A stretch of DNA of 64,000 nt. Source: Bacteroidota bacterium (lineage in GTDB: Bacteria; Bacteroidota; Bacteroidia; Flavobacteriales_D; Crocinitomicaceae). The stretch lies in assembly GCA_039804625.1 (NCBI GenBank), contig JBDLVT010000006.1, positions 7,159 to 71,158 on the forward strand, in the 5' to 3' direction. Positions 1 through 9,487 of the stretch are shown here, piece after piece (position 1 is the stretch's first letter; every line of letters begins with the position of its first letter). The position numbers and the translations under genes were made by a program. The notes under the pieces are model-generated. The model was not told the DNA's origin. It saw only the letters and a program-made list of their open reading frames with translations, and did no database searches.

Positions 1-733
1 CCATCAGCTGATCAAAAAACGGGTTGCGCAACAAACGAACCGGCGTGAGTTCTTTGAGCGTGAGGAGTGTGTCGCCCTCTTGGCTTTCGATGACGGCTTG
101 CTTGAAATTTTGGTGGGCACTGGATTCAACGGACGCGACAAAACGGCTCCCTACTTGGGCGCCATCGGCGCCTAAATTCATGACGGCGAGCAGCGCACGG
201 CCATCACCAATGCCGCCGGCCGCAATGAGCGGAATTTGAATCGCTGCACGCACCATCGGGATCAAGCAAAGCGTGGTGGTTTCGTCGCGGCCGTTGTGGC
301 CACCTGCTTCAAAGCCCTCAGCCACTACTGCGTCAACGCCCGCAGCTTGGGCTTTGAGCGCAAATTTTACGCTCGAGACCACATGCACTACCGTAATTCC
401 TTCTTTCTTTAATGTGTCGGTCCAAGTTTTAGGATTGCCCGCGCTAGTAAAAACAATAGGTACTTTGTGCTTGATGATCGTGGCAATATGCTCCTCAATA
501 TTCGGATACAGCAAGGGCAAATTCACTCCAAAAGGTTTGTTGGTATGCGCCTTGCATTTAGTAATTTGTGCGTCGAGTATGTCCGGGTACATTGAGCCTG
601 CACCCAAGAGGCCCAAGCCACCTGCATTCGAAACTGCCGAGGCGAGTTCCCAGCCTGCGCACCAGATCATGCCGCCTTGGATCAAGGGATACTGAATATT
701 GAAAAGCGAACAGATGCGATTAGTTGTGTCCAT
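1..733 (-). CDS. NAD(P)H-dependent flavin oxidoreductase, nitronate monooxygenase / FabK-like (partial, 3' end beyond left edge)
   Basis: Absent from the ORF track because it runs off the window. My minus-strand translation from ATG 733 reads MDTTNRICSLFNIQYPLIQGGMIWCAGWELASAVSNAGGLGLLGAGSMYPD... and later ...AIQIPLIAAGGIGDGRALLAVMNLGADGAQVGSRF..., the typical NMO/FabK FMN TIM-barrel pattern. The + ORFs 24..239 and 273..695 are its antisense shadows. Confidence 0.8.
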   Translation of the reverse strand, partial: MDTTNRICSLFNIQYPLIQGGMIWCAGWELASAVSNAGGLGLLGAGSMYPDILDAQITKCKAHTNKPFGVNLPLLYPNIEEHIATIIKHKVPIVFTSAGNPKTWTDTLKKEGITVVHVVSSVKFALKAQAAGVDAVVAEGFEAGGHNGRDETTTLCLIPMVRAAIQIPLIAAGGIGDGRALLAVMNLGADGAQVGSRFVASVESSAHQNFKQAVIESQEGDTLLTLKELTPVRLLRNPFFDQLM

Positions 734-751
734 ATAGAAAATTGCTGCGCA

Positions 752-759
752 CAAAATTA
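752..759 (-). promoter_or_regulatory. Candidate Bacteroidota -7 box TAATTTTG for the NMO/FabK-like gene
   Basis: Exact TAnnTTTG on the minus strand, 18 nt upstream of ATG 733. Confidence 0.4.
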
Positions 760-783
760 GTCGAAATGCTTAACTTAGCGAGG

Positions 784-3700
784 ATGAAGTTGAGCTCTTA
801 CAGGATATTTTGGTTATGTTTGATGGGCATATTCATTAGGCTGCCAATCTATGCACAGTTTCAGGGTTATGAATTTGTACAAAATAAAGGCCAATGGCCC
901 GCAGACGTACAGCTTATGGCCAAAGATGGCGCCGCCAAAATATGGCTGGGCTCAGACCGCTTTTTATTCCAGCTCACCGATTTCTCTGCCCTAGAAAAAG
1001 CCCATCACGAGCAAGTACTCCTAGACAATCCAAGCCTTCCGAGCGCCTTGGTTGAGCAGCGCTTCATTGGCGCCAACCCGAAAGCGCAAGCACAAGGTCT
1101 AGAACCCCGCAAACACACCTATAATTTTTTTATGGGCCAAGACTCCACGCGTTGGGCTAGTTCGGCGCAGGCCTTTGAGGAGGTGCAATACAGGCAGTTT
1201 TATCCGGACATTGACCTCACTTGGGCCACCGAGCAGACACAATACAAATATACATTTCACGTTGCTCCGGGCGCAGATGCCCAACAAATTCGCTGGACTT
1301 ATTCGGGTGCAAATGACGTCAAGCTGAATAAAGACCGTATCCAACTCAAGACCGCAATCGGTGAAATCCAAGACCAACAATTGTTCGCGTATCAAATTGT
1401 CAATGGTCAACGCGTGCAAGTTGCTTGCACATATCGTTCTTATCCCGGCGGCACTTATGGTTTTCAGTTGGGCAACTACAATGCGCAATTGCCCCTCATC
1501 ATTGACCCTGTTTTGGTTTTTGCGACCTACAACGGGGCCAACTCAGACAATTTTGGCATGACCGCCACCTACGGCTACGACGCTTCGGCCTATGCGGCAG
1601 GCATGGTCTATGGCAACAACTTTCCTTTGCCGAGTATGGCAAGTTTTGATTCCAATTCCAATTTTACGTTGCTTGCCGGTGCCTACGGTGTTACCGATGT
1701 TTTTGTGACGCGCTATGCGGCAGATGGCAGCTCCATGCTATGGTCAAGCTTTTTAGGTGGCGGCGACAACCTACAAGGCACCGAAACCGCACACAGTCTC
1801 ATTTGCGATTCGCTCAATAACATATATTTATTTGGCGCCACCTCCAGCACAGACTTTCCCACCACCTTTGGTGCCTTTCAGCCCACACATGCAGGTGGCA
1901 GCCCCAATACCAACTTTTATTTCAACGGAGTGTATTTCGGGACGCAGGGCACCGATTTGTATGTGTCTAAGCTGAGTGCGTCAGGGCAAAACTTAATGGC
2001 GAGTACTTATCTGGGTGGAACAGCCAACGATGGTGTCAATTACCGAACGCTTGGTTTACCCTACAACAGTGTTGCAGCCTATGATTCCCTGACTACCAAC
2101 TACGGCGATCAGTTCAGAGGTGAAATCTATCTCGATGCCGCTGGTTCGGTACTGGTGGCCAGTTGCTCTCGTTCTGCTAATTTTCCGACCCAAAGCCCTT
2201 TTCAGGCCAGTAAATCTGTTGGTCAAGACGCTGTAATTTTCAAGCTGAACTCAAATTTTTCGACGCTGCAATTTGCATCGTTTTACGGAGGCAACAAAGA
2301 CGACGCCGCCTATTCGGTCAAGACCGATACCCTAGGCGCAATTTTATTTGCAGGGGGTACTGGCTCCAACAACCTTTCGGGCACCACTGCTGCCTATCAA
2401 AGTAACTACAACGGCGGCAAGACCGACGGTTTTGTCGTGAAACTCAATGCACTTGGCACGGCCATCCAAAACGCGAGTTATATCGGCACGTCCAATTACG
2501 ATCAAGTCTTTTTTGTCGAGGTGGACCGCAACAACCAAATTTTCTTGTTGGGCCAGGCTGTTGGAGGCGGTTTTACGGTCAATAACGCGCCGTATAGCAA
2601 CCCGGGCAGTAGTCAGTTTGTCTTGAAACTAAATAATGCACTCACCACTAACTTGGCTTCAACGGTTATTGGCAACGGCAATGGCCAAATCAATATTTCA
2701 CCTGCGGCCTTTTTGGTCGATATCTGTGGCAACGTCTATATTTCAGGTTGGGGCGCCAATATTTTGCAATCTACACCACTGAGCGGCATGCCTGTTTCGC
2801 CCAATGCTTTTCAAGCCAGCACCACCGGTTTTGATTTCTACCTGATGGTCTTGCAAAATAACTTTAACGGACTGCTTTACGGCTCTTATCTGGGCGGTGC
2901 AATCGCTCACGAACATGTTGACGGCGGTACTTCTCGCTTTGACAAAAATGGCGTGGTGTATCAGTCTGTATGTGGCGGTTGCGGTGGCCATTCTGATTTT
3001 CCGACTTCTCAAGGTGCATGGTCCAATACCAACAATAGCAGCAATTGCAACAACTTGGTATTCAAATTCGATTTTCAGCTCATCCCAACGGCCGAATTCA
3101 ACAGCTCAAATGTACAAGGTTGCCAAGACCTCAATGTCGATTTTCAAAACACTTCTACCCAATGGGATTCCTATCTCTGGGATTTTGGCAACGGCGATAC
3201 CTCCAGTATTGTCTTTGACCCTACAGTGGTGTACACTACACCTGGTCAGTACAACGTCTTTCTTTATGTCACGGACAGCGTTTGCCTCATTACCGACACC
3301 GCTCAAATTCAAATTTTGGTTCTAGATTCCATTTTGCTCAATCTCAATGACACCATCAATCTGTGTAGTAGTTCGCCTTATTTACTCAGCGCAAATACCC
3401 TCGGCACCGCCAATCAATTTATTTGGTCCCAACAAAATGACTTCAGTAGCCCACTGAACCTTTTGCAAGATTCTACTATTCTGGTAAGTCAGGGAGGTTG
3501 GTATTTTTGCCAGGCTGGCAATGGATTTTGCACTGCACAAGATTCCGTTTTTATCGCTTTTGATGTCCCTTTGAGCGCAAATTTTCAGGTTTTGGATACA
3601 ATGGGGTGTGCGCCGCTGTCTCTGGTGATCAATAACAACTCAACCCTCACGAGTTCTTTTCTCTGGGCTTTTGGAAATGGCCAATACGACAGCACCAACT

Positions 3701-4824
3701 TTGAACCTTCCATTTTATATAGCCAACCAGGCACTTACACCATCAGTTTAACGGTTATAGATTCTATTTGTCAAGGTTCGGACCAACAGAGCATGCAAAT
3801 TACGGTTGGGCCAGCCCTTGACGTTACGGCGCCTGCAGCTATTTTTCTTTGTACTTCTGTTGATACACTCTTGATACCAACTATTGTGGGTTCACCTGCG
3901 AATTTTATTTGGTCGAGTTCAGCTCAATTTGTAGATACCCTCAATGCCAATGGTCAAGCTGAACTTGGTTTGCTCGACCCACAAAATGCCTGGTATTATA
4001 TTCAAATTTCAAATGCTTTTTGTAATGCAACGGATAGTGTTCAAGTGACGCTGGCAAGTGACGCATTTACCTTGAATGGCCCAAGTTTGGTTTGTGCGCA
4101 GGCACCCTTTACCTTGCAGCTTTCCGGTGCAGCCAATGCGCAAAGTATCCAATGGAGCCCGACCTCAGCTATTGTTGGCGCAAGCAATTTACCAACTGCT
4201 ACGGCAAGCATCTCAACGAGTCAGTATATTTATGTCGAGGTACTGAGCGCTCAAAATTGCCTGCTGAAAGACTCCATTTTTGTCAATGTGTCGGCGCTCA
4301 ATCCGATGGCTGTGGTGGCCAGTGCCGACCCCACCATCATTTTGCCCAATGCGAGCTCCCAACTCATTGGTTCGCCTTTTGGCAATTTCACTTACACCTG
4401 GACGCCTACCTTAGGGCTATCGAATCCAAGTAGCGTCACTCCGCAAGCGACCATCGAACAAACAACGGTGTTCACCCTCAATGTGTCAGATGGCTTGTGC
4501 ACAGGTTCAGATACCGTCCTGATCAAAGTTTTTGACAGTATTTGTGGTGCGCCATTTGTGTTCATTCCAAATGCTTTTTCTCCAAACAAGGATGGTCAAA
4601 ACGACAAGCTTTATGTGCGCGGCCCCTTCATCGAAAGTTTCATCTTTCGGGTCTATGACCGCTGGGGAGAGCTCGTTTGGGAAACTACCAATCTGAGCGA
4701 AGGCTGGGACGGCACTTTTAGGGGCAAACTCCTAGACCCCGACGTCTACGACTATTACCTCCAAGCAACTTGTATTGGCGGCTTAGAGAACATCATTAAA
4801 GGAAACGTTACCCTCATTAGATAA
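784..4824 (+). CDS. Large secreted SBBP beta-propeller-repeat / PKD-domain surface protein with gliding-motility-type (CHU_C, T9SS type B) C-terminal domain
   Basis: ORF 724..4824 opens with TTG. I prefer ATG 784, which gives the signal peptide MKLSSYRIFWLCLMGIFIRLPIYAQ. It has repeated propeller-like units (..FVTRYAADGSSMLWSSFLGG.., ..DAVIFKLNSNFSTLQFASFYGG..) and two PKD-like units (LWDFGNGDTS.., LWAFGNGQYDS..). The C-terminus FIPNAFSPNKDGQNDKLYVRG...DRWGELVWE...GWDGTFRG fits the sorting domain. Confidence 0.85.
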   Translation: MKLSSYRIFWLCLMGIFIRLPIYAQFQGYEFVQNKGQWPADVQLMAKDGAAKIWLGSDRFLFQLTDFSALEKAHHEQVLLDNPSLPSALVEQRFIGANPKAQAQGLEPRKHTYNFFMGQDSTRWASSAQAFEEVQYRQFYPDIDLTWATEQTQYKYTFHVAPGADAQQIRWTYSGANDVKLNKDRIQLKTAIGEIQDQQLFAYQIVNGQRVQVACTYRSYPGGTYGFQLGNYNAQLPLIIDPVLVFATYNGANSDNFGMTATYGYDASAYAAGMVYGNNFPLPSMASFDSNSNFTLLAGAYGVTDVFVTRYAADGSSMLWSSFLGGGDNLQGTETAHSLICDSLNNIYLFGATSSTDFPTTFGAFQPTHAGGSPNTNFYFNGVYFGTQGTDLYVSKLSASGQNLMASTYLGGTANDGVNYRTLGLPYNSVAAYDSLTTNYGDQFRGEIYLDAAGSVLVASCSRSANFPTQSPFQASKSVGQDAVIFKLNSNFSTLQFASFYGGNKDDAAYSVKTDTLGAILFAGGTGSNNLSGTTAAYQSNYNGGKTDGFVVKLNALGTAIQNASYIGTSNYDQVFFVEVDRNNQIFLLGQAVGGGFTVNNAPYSNPGSSQFVLKLNNALTTNLASTVIGNGNGQINISPAAFLVDICGNVYISGWGANILQSTPLSGMPVSPNAFQASTTGFDFYLMVLQNNFNGLLYGSYLGGAIAHEHVDGGTSRFDKNGVVYQSVCGGCGGHSDFPTSQGAWSNTNNSSNCNNLVFKFDFQLIPTAEFNSSNVQGCQDLNVDFQNTSTQWDSYLWDFGNGDTSSIVFDPTVVYTTPGQYNVFLYVTDSVCLITDTAQIQILVLDSILLNLNDTINLCSSSPYLLSANTLGTANQFIWSQQNDFSSPLNLLQDSTILVSQGGWYFCQAGNGFCTAQDSVFIAFDVPLSANFQVLDTMGCAPLSLVINNNSTLTSSFLWAFGNGQYDSTNFEPSILYSQPGTYTISLTVIDSICQGSDQQSMQITVGPALDVTAPAAIFLCTSVDTLLIPTIVGSPANFIWSSSAQFVDTLNANGQAELGLLDPQNAWYYIQISNAFCNATDSVQVTLASDAFTLNGPSLVCAQAPFTLQLSGAANAQSIQWSPTSAIVGASNLPTATASISTSQYIYVEVLSAQNCLLKDSIFVNVSALNPMAVVASADPTIILPNASSQLIGSPFGNFTYTWTPTLGLSNPSSVTPQATIEQTTVFTLNVSDGLCTGSDTVLIKVFDSICGAPFVFIPNAFSPNKDGQNDKLYVRGPFIESFIFRVYDRWGELVWETTNLSEGWDGTFRGKLLDPDVYDYYLQATCIGGLENIIKGNVTLIR

Positions 4825-4830
4825 ATCACC

Positions 4831-5910
4831 ATGAAAAAGATCATTACTTCCAAATCCGAGAAATTTTTAGAAGCCTACCTCAATAACGCGAGTCCTACAG
4901 GTTTTGAAACCTCTGGCCAGCAAATGTGGCTAGACTACATCAAGCCCTTTACGCAAGAGTATTTCACAGATGCTTATGGTTCGGTTGCAGCGGTAATCAA
5001 TCCAGGGCAGGCCTATAAAGTGGTGATCGAAGCGCATGCCGACGAAATTTCTTGGTTTGTACACTATATTACCAAGGATGGTTTCATCTACTTGCGTCGC
5101 AACGGTGGCTCTGATCACATGATTGCGCCATCCAAGCGCGTCAATATTCATACAGACAAAGGGCCCGTAAAAGCGGTCTTTGGTTGGCCGGCTATTCATA
5201 TGCGCCAACAAAAAGAGGAGACGCCAAGCATGAAAAACATCTTTCTTGACTGTGGTTGTGCTTCAAAAGAGGAGGTCGAAGCACTGGGCATTCATGTGGG
5301 TTGTGTAGCTACATTTGAGGACGAGTTTATGGTCCTCAATAAAAATAAATATGTGGGTAGAGCGCTCGATAATCGGGTAGGAGGCTTTATGATTGCCGAA
5401 GTAGCGCGCCTGCTTTTTGAGCAAAAGAAGCAATTGCCTTTTAGTTTGTATATCGTCAATTCTGTTCAAGAAGAAATAGGCCTAAGAGGTGCTGAAATGA
5501 TGGCGCATCGCATCAAGCCAGACCTCGCAATTATTACTGATGTATGCCACGATACCACCACACCAATGGTCGATAAGATTGAAAACGGAGACCAACAAAG
5601 TGGCAAAGGCCCTGTGCTGACTTACGGCCCTGCGGTCCAAAATAATTTGCTGCGTTTCATTATTGCCGCTGCAGACGCCGAGCAAATTCCTTTCCAACGC
5701 GCCGCTGTTTCGCGTTCTACTGGTACCGATACCGATGCATTTGCGTATTCAAACGAAGGCGTGACGTCTGCACTTATTTCTTTGCCCTTGCGCTATATGC
5801 ACACGACCGTAGAAATGGTCCAAAAAGAAGATGTAGAAAACTGTATTCGCCTGATTTATGCTGCTCTTTTGCGTTTAGAAGACGGCCAGGATTTCAGAAC
5901 CTTGAAGTAA
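4831..5910 (+). CDS. M42 family metallopeptidase (FrvX/YsdC/CelM-like aminopeptidase)
   Basis: 359-aa ORF with EAHADEISWFV, GRALDNRVGG, VQEEIGLRGA and TGTDTDAF motifs characteristic of M42 peptidases. Confidence 0.8.
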   Translation: MKKIITSKSEKFLEAYLNNASPTGFETSGQQMWLDYIKPFTQEYFTDAYGSVAAVINPGQAYKVVIEAHADEISWFVHYITKDGFIYLRRNGGSDHMIAPSKRVNIHTDKGPVKAVFGWPAIHMRQQKEETPSMKNIFLDCGCASKEEVEALGIHVGCVATFEDEFMVLNKNKYVGRALDNRVGGFMIAEVARLLFEQKKQLPFSLYIVNSVQEEIGLRGAEMMAHRIKPDLAIITDVCHDTTTPMVDKIENGDQQSGKGPVLTYGPAVQNNLLRFIIAAADAEQIPFQRAAVSRSTGTDTDAFAYSNEGVTSALISLPLRYMHTTVEMVQKEDVENCIRLIYAALLRLEDGQDFRTLK

Positions 5911-5944
5911 GCATAGCGTTTGACGAACAGATACGGACGCGTGT

Positions 5945-6151
5945 TTAGATCAACTTGATTTGTAAGTCATCTATTTCGATGAGGTCTCCGCTAACAAGTT
6001 TGGCGCGTTTGCGCAGCTCCTGCTCTCCGTTGCGCAAGATATTACCTTCCTCTACAATCGCTTTGGCGTGGCCTCCTGTTTCGGCAATGCCTAAAGCCTT
6101 GAGCAAGCCAATGAGTTCAATATACGGGCCGTTGATTTGAAATTCCTGCAT
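5945..6151 (-). CDS. S4-fold RNA-binding protein (YbcJ-like)
   Basis: 68 aa, ...GGHAKAIVEEGNILRNGEQELRKRAKLVSGDLIEI.... It starts 2 nt after the folD stop on the same strand. Confidence 0.7.
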   Translation of the reverse strand: MQEFQINGPYIELIGLLKALGIAETGGHAKAIVEEGNILRNGEQELRKRAKLVSGDLIEIDDLQIKLI

Positions 6152-6153
6152 AC

Positions 6154-7032
6154 TTATTTTCCTTTGAGTTCCATAGCCTTGAGCGTGTTCATCATCAAGG
6201 AAGCAATAGTCATGGGGCCAACGCCTCCTGGCACCGGTGAAATGAAGCTCGCTTTGGGCGCCACTTCTTCAAAATTTACATCGCCAACGAGTCTCCAACC
6301 GCGTTCACGGCTTGGGTCGTCAACGCGTGTGGTGCCTACATCGATGATCACAACGCCGTCTTTGACCATATCGGCAGTTACAAAATTAGGGCGGCCAATG
6401 GCGGCAATAATGATGTCAGCTTCTTGGCAGATGGCTTTGAGGTTGCGCGTTTTGGAGTGTGCAAGTGTAACGGTGCAATTGCCAGGGTTGCTGTTGCGAC
6501 CGAGCATAATAGACAACGGGGTACCAACGATATTACTGCGCCCAATAATGACACAGTTTTTACCTTCGGTTGGAATGTCGTTGCGGCGAATGAGCTCTAT
6601 AATTCCAGCAGGGGTAGCGGGTAAGAAACCCGGCAAATTGAGGATCATATTGCCGATATTGCGCGGATGAAAGCCGTCTACATCTTTTTTAGGGTCAATG
6701 GCCTGCGTTATTTTGAGCTCGTCTATGTGCTTGGGTAAAGGCAATTGCACAATAAACCCATCGATGCTGCGGTCTTGGTTGAGGCTTTCTACTTTTTCGA
6801 GAAGGATGTCTTCTGGAACAGTTTCGTCGTAGCGAATGAGCGTGCTCTCAAAACCAATAGCCTCGCATGCTTTTACTTTTGACGTGACATAAGACACCGA
6901 ACCGCCGTCGTTACCCACTAAAATAGCTGCAAGATGCGGTATTTTTTGGCCGGCTTGCTTGCGCAACTGCACTGCTGCTTGTAATTCTGCTTGAATTTGA
7001 GCTGCGGTGGCTCGTCCGTCTAGTAATTTCAT
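6154..7032 (-). CDS. folD: Bifunctional methylenetetrahydrofolate dehydrogenase / methenyltetrahydrofolate cyclohydrolase
   Basis: [14 protein letters not shown]..., [29 protein letters not shown]. Start moved from 7056 to ATG 7032, because the canonical FolD N-terminus begins there and a -7 box lies inside the longer ORF. Confidence 0.93.
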   Translation of the reverse strand: MKLLDGRATAAQIQAELQAAVQLRKQAGQKIPHLAAILVGNDGGSVSYVTSKVKACEAIGFESTLIRYDETVPEDILLEKVESLNQDRSIDGFIVQLPLPKHIDELKITQAIDPKKDVDGFHPRNIGNMILNLPGFLPATPAGIIELIRRNDIPTEGKNCVIIGRSNIVGTPLSIMLGRNSNPGNCTVTLAHSKTRNLKAICQEADIIIAAIGRPNFVTADMVKDGVVIIDVGTTRVDDPSRERGWRLVGDVNFEEVAPKASFISPVPGGVGPMTIASLMMNTLKAMELKGK

Positions 7033-7045
7033 GCTAAATTTTTTG

Positions 7046-7053
7046 CAAAGATA
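7046..7053 (-). promoter_or_regulatory. Candidate -7 box TATCTTTG for the folD/S4 operon
   Basis: Exact TAnnTTTG on the minus strand, 13 nt upstream of folD ATG 7032. Confidence 0.45.
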
Positions 7054-7081
7054 CAAAGAAGCGCGGTGGCTGCAAATCCTG

Positions 7082-7089
7082 TATCTTTG
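7082..7089 (+). promoter_or_regulatory. Candidate -7 box TATCTTTG for the OMP-bshA-elbB-meaB operon
   Basis: Exact TAnnTTTG, 15 nt upstream of ATG 7105. It is an inverted copy of the folD box. Confidence 0.45.
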
Positions 7090-7104
7090 TACAAATATCT
7101 CATC

Positions 7105-7677
7105 ATGAAAAACTTGGTTTTTTTAATCGCCTTGCTTTTTGCAGGTAAATCAATTGCGCAATTGCAATATTTGGGTTCGGAACTGGGCCTAGAGCCTTAC
7201 ATTGGGTTCTCAAATTTGGGTGGTGCTGTAGGTGGCGAGCTCAAATACGCCGCGCGGCTCTCCGAAAACCTATTGGTTGGCCCCTCGTTTCGTCTTCAAC
7301 GCAATTGGTCTAATAATTTAGGTGCGCAAAGCAACATGACCACTTGGGGAGGGGGCGTTTTTGCGCACTACCGCTACCAAGAACTCATTTTTGGTGGGGT
7401 AGAATTCCAGTACCTTAAAAGTCCGTATAGTTTTGTCAATCCGCTACAAGTTGTCAAGCCTTGGTCTCCAACGCTCATGGTTGGCGGTGGATTTTACCTC
7501 AAACTTTCCGATAAAATACGCCTAAACGCTGCTTTGTTTTACGATGTAATTAACGCAGTTAACAGTCCGTTCCGAAGCAGTTATACTTTTAAAGTTAAAA
7601 ATGAATTTGGTCAGGTGGTGCGCATTTTGCCGATCATCTACAGACTCACCTTTTTTATTCCAATAGACGAAAAATAA
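7105..7677 (+). CDS. Hypothetical outer-membrane beta-barrel protein
   Basis: Signal peptide [19 protein letters not shown] at ATG 7105, followed by an alternating hydrophobic/aromatic beta-strand pattern with Gly-rich turns. I recognise no enzymatic motif. Confidence 0.55.
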   Translation: MKNLVFLIALLFAGKSIAQLQYLGSELGLEPYIGFSNLGGAVGGELKYAARLSENLLVGPSFRLQRNWSNNLGAQSNMTTWGGGVFAHYRYQELIFGGVEFQYLKSPYSFVNPLQVVKPWSPTLMVGGGFYLKLSDKIRLNAALFYDVINAVNSPFRSSYTFKVKNEFGQVVRILPIIYRLTFFIPIDEK

Positions 7678-8804
7678 TGAAAATAGGCATCGTCCTTTAC
7701 CCAACTTTCGGCGGAAGCGGTGTGGTTGCTACCGAACTCGGAAAAGCGCTGGCTGCCAAAGGCCACCAAGTCCACTTCATCACCTATTCTCAGCCGGTGC
7801 GTCTTGGTTCTTTTCGAGAAAATATTTATTACCACGAAGTATCTATTACCGATTACCCACTTTTTGATTTTCAGCCCTACGAAACGCAGCTCGCCAGTAA
7901 AATGGTCGATGTCGTCAAGTACGAGAATCTAGATATCCTACACGTGCATTATGCCATTCCGCACGCATCTGCTGCTTTTATGGCCCAGCAAATCCTGAAA
8001 GCAGACGGGATATACATTCCTTTTGTAACTACTTTGCACGGTACCGATATCACATTAGTCGGAAAAGACCCTTCCTTTGAACCCGTCATTACTTTTTGTA
8101 TCAATCATTCAGATGCCGTTACTGCTGTTTCTGAAAGCCTCAAGCAAGATACCTTAGCGCACTTTAAGGTGAGCACCGATATTCAAGTCATCCCGAATTT
8201 TGTTCCACCTAGCCCTCCGCACGGTACTGAGCGCGCTTACATTAGAAGCAAATACGCCCAAGACGATCAGCCTATCTTGTGTCATATTTCCAACTTCAGA
8301 CCCGTCAAGCGTACAGAAGATGTCATACGCATCTTTGCCCAAGTGCGCGCGCAAAAGGATTGCAAGCTCATTTTAGTAGGAGATGGTCCAGACCGCTATG
8401 CCTGTGAACGCTTGTGCCGAGAGCTCAATTTGTATCAAGACGTCATCTTTTTAGGAAAGGTCCGCGACACCGTTCACGTTTTGGAAATTGTCGATGTCTT
8501 TTTATTGCCTTCAGAAACGGAGAGTTTTGGATTGGCAGCGCTTGAAGCGATGGCGGTAGGTGTACCAGTGGTTTCTTCAAATACGGGAGGTATTCCAGAG
8601 GTGAACATCCATGGTGTTTCGGGCTTTCTTGCTGCTGTTGGGCAAACCGATCAAATGGCAGCTTACGTACTCGACATCTTGGATTCTGCCAATTTACAAG
8701 CCATGAAAGCTGGCGCACTCCAAATTGCACAAAATTTCAGTTTAGCGGAAATCTTGCCGCAATACGAAGAATTATACCGTAAATTAGTTCAAAAAAACGC
8801 ATGA
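7677..8804 (+). CDS. bshA: N-acetyl-alpha-D-glucosaminyl L-malate synthase (bacillithiol biosynthesis GT4 glycosyltransferase)
   Basis: [35 protein letters not shown]... and the GT4 motif ETESFGLAALEAMAVGVPVVSSNTGGIPEV. TAATG overlap with the upstream gene. Confidence 0.85.
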   Translation: MKIGIVLYPTFGGSGVVATELGKALAAKGHQVHFITYSQPVRLGSFRENIYYHEVSITDYPLFDFQPYETQLASKMVDVVKYENLDILHVHYAIPHASAAFMAQQILKADGIYIPFVTTLHGTDITLVGKDPSFEPVITFCINHSDAVTAVSESLKQDTLAHFKVSTDIQVIPNFVPPSPPHGTERAYIRSKYAQDDQPILCHISNFRPVKRTEDVIRIFAQVRAQKDCKLILVGDGPDRYACERLCRELNLYQDVIFLGKVRDTVHVLEIVDVFLLPSETESFGLAALEAMAVGVPVVSSNTGGIPEVNIHGVSGFLAAVGQTDQMAAYVLDILDSANLQAMKAGALQIAQNFSLAEILPQYEELYRKLVQKNA

Positions 8805-9487
8805 AAATTGGGGTATTATTATCCGGAGCTGGCTTCTATGACGGTGCCGAAATCCACGAGGCAGTCCTGACGTTACTCGAAATTGAAAGTTTAGGCTACG
8901 AGGCCGTTTGTATTGGCATTGATGCTCCTCAGCACCACGTGATCAATCACCTCAATGGCCAAGAACAAGCCCAAACGCGCAATATGCTCGAAGAAGCTGC
9001 ACGCATCGCACGCGGTCAAATTCGCGAAATCAGAACAGTGGTTCCGGCAGACCTCGATGCGCTCATTATTCCAGGTGGCTTTGGCAGCGCCAAAAACTTT
9101 TCAAGTTGGGCTTTTGAAGGGCCAAATGGTCAAATTCGTCCAGATGTCAAGTTATTGCTCGTCAATATGTACAATGTAGGCAAACCCATTGTTGCATTGT
9201 GCGTGAGCCCCGTTTTACTCGCCTTAGCCTTCCAGGACATGCCCATTAGTCAGCAACTTACTATTGGCAGCACAAACGTACCCTCGCCGTACACTATTTC
9301 CGATTTTCAAGCAGGACTGCAAGCCAAAGGCGCTCAAACGCCAGACTGCTCAATCCAAGAAATATGCGTCGATGTTCCTAACCGCATCATCACCGCCCCC
9401 TGCTACATGCTAGAGGCGAGTTTGCCCGAGCTACAGCAAAACATTCGCCAAGCCATGGCAGCCCTCATACAACTCCTTGAATCCTGA
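8801..9487 (+). CDS. elbB: DJ-1/PfpI-superfamily isoprenoid biosynthesis glyoxalase ElbB
   Basis: MKIGVLLSGAGFYDGAEIHEAVLTLLEIESLG, DALIIPGGFGSAKN, VALCVSPVLLA. ATGA overlap with bshA. Confidence 0.8.
   Translation: MKIGVLLSGAGFYDGAEIHEAVLTLLEIESLGYEAVCIGIDAPQHHVINHLNGQEQAQTRNMLEEAARIARGQIREIRTVVPADLDALIIPGGFGSAKNFSSWAFEGPNGQIRPDVKLLLVNMYNVGKPIVALCVSPVLLALAFQDMPISQQLTIGSTNVPSPYTISDFQAGLQAKGAQTPDCSIQEICVDVPNRIITAPCYMLEASLPELQQNIRQAMAALIQLLES

Noticed and set aside
24-695. Plus-strand ORFs 24..239 and 273..695 at the left edge.
   Set aside because: The opposite strand reads as an uninterrupted NMO/FabK-like protein with clear motifs from ATG 733 to the window edge. The plus-strand ORFs are Ala/Pro/Ser-rich shadows.
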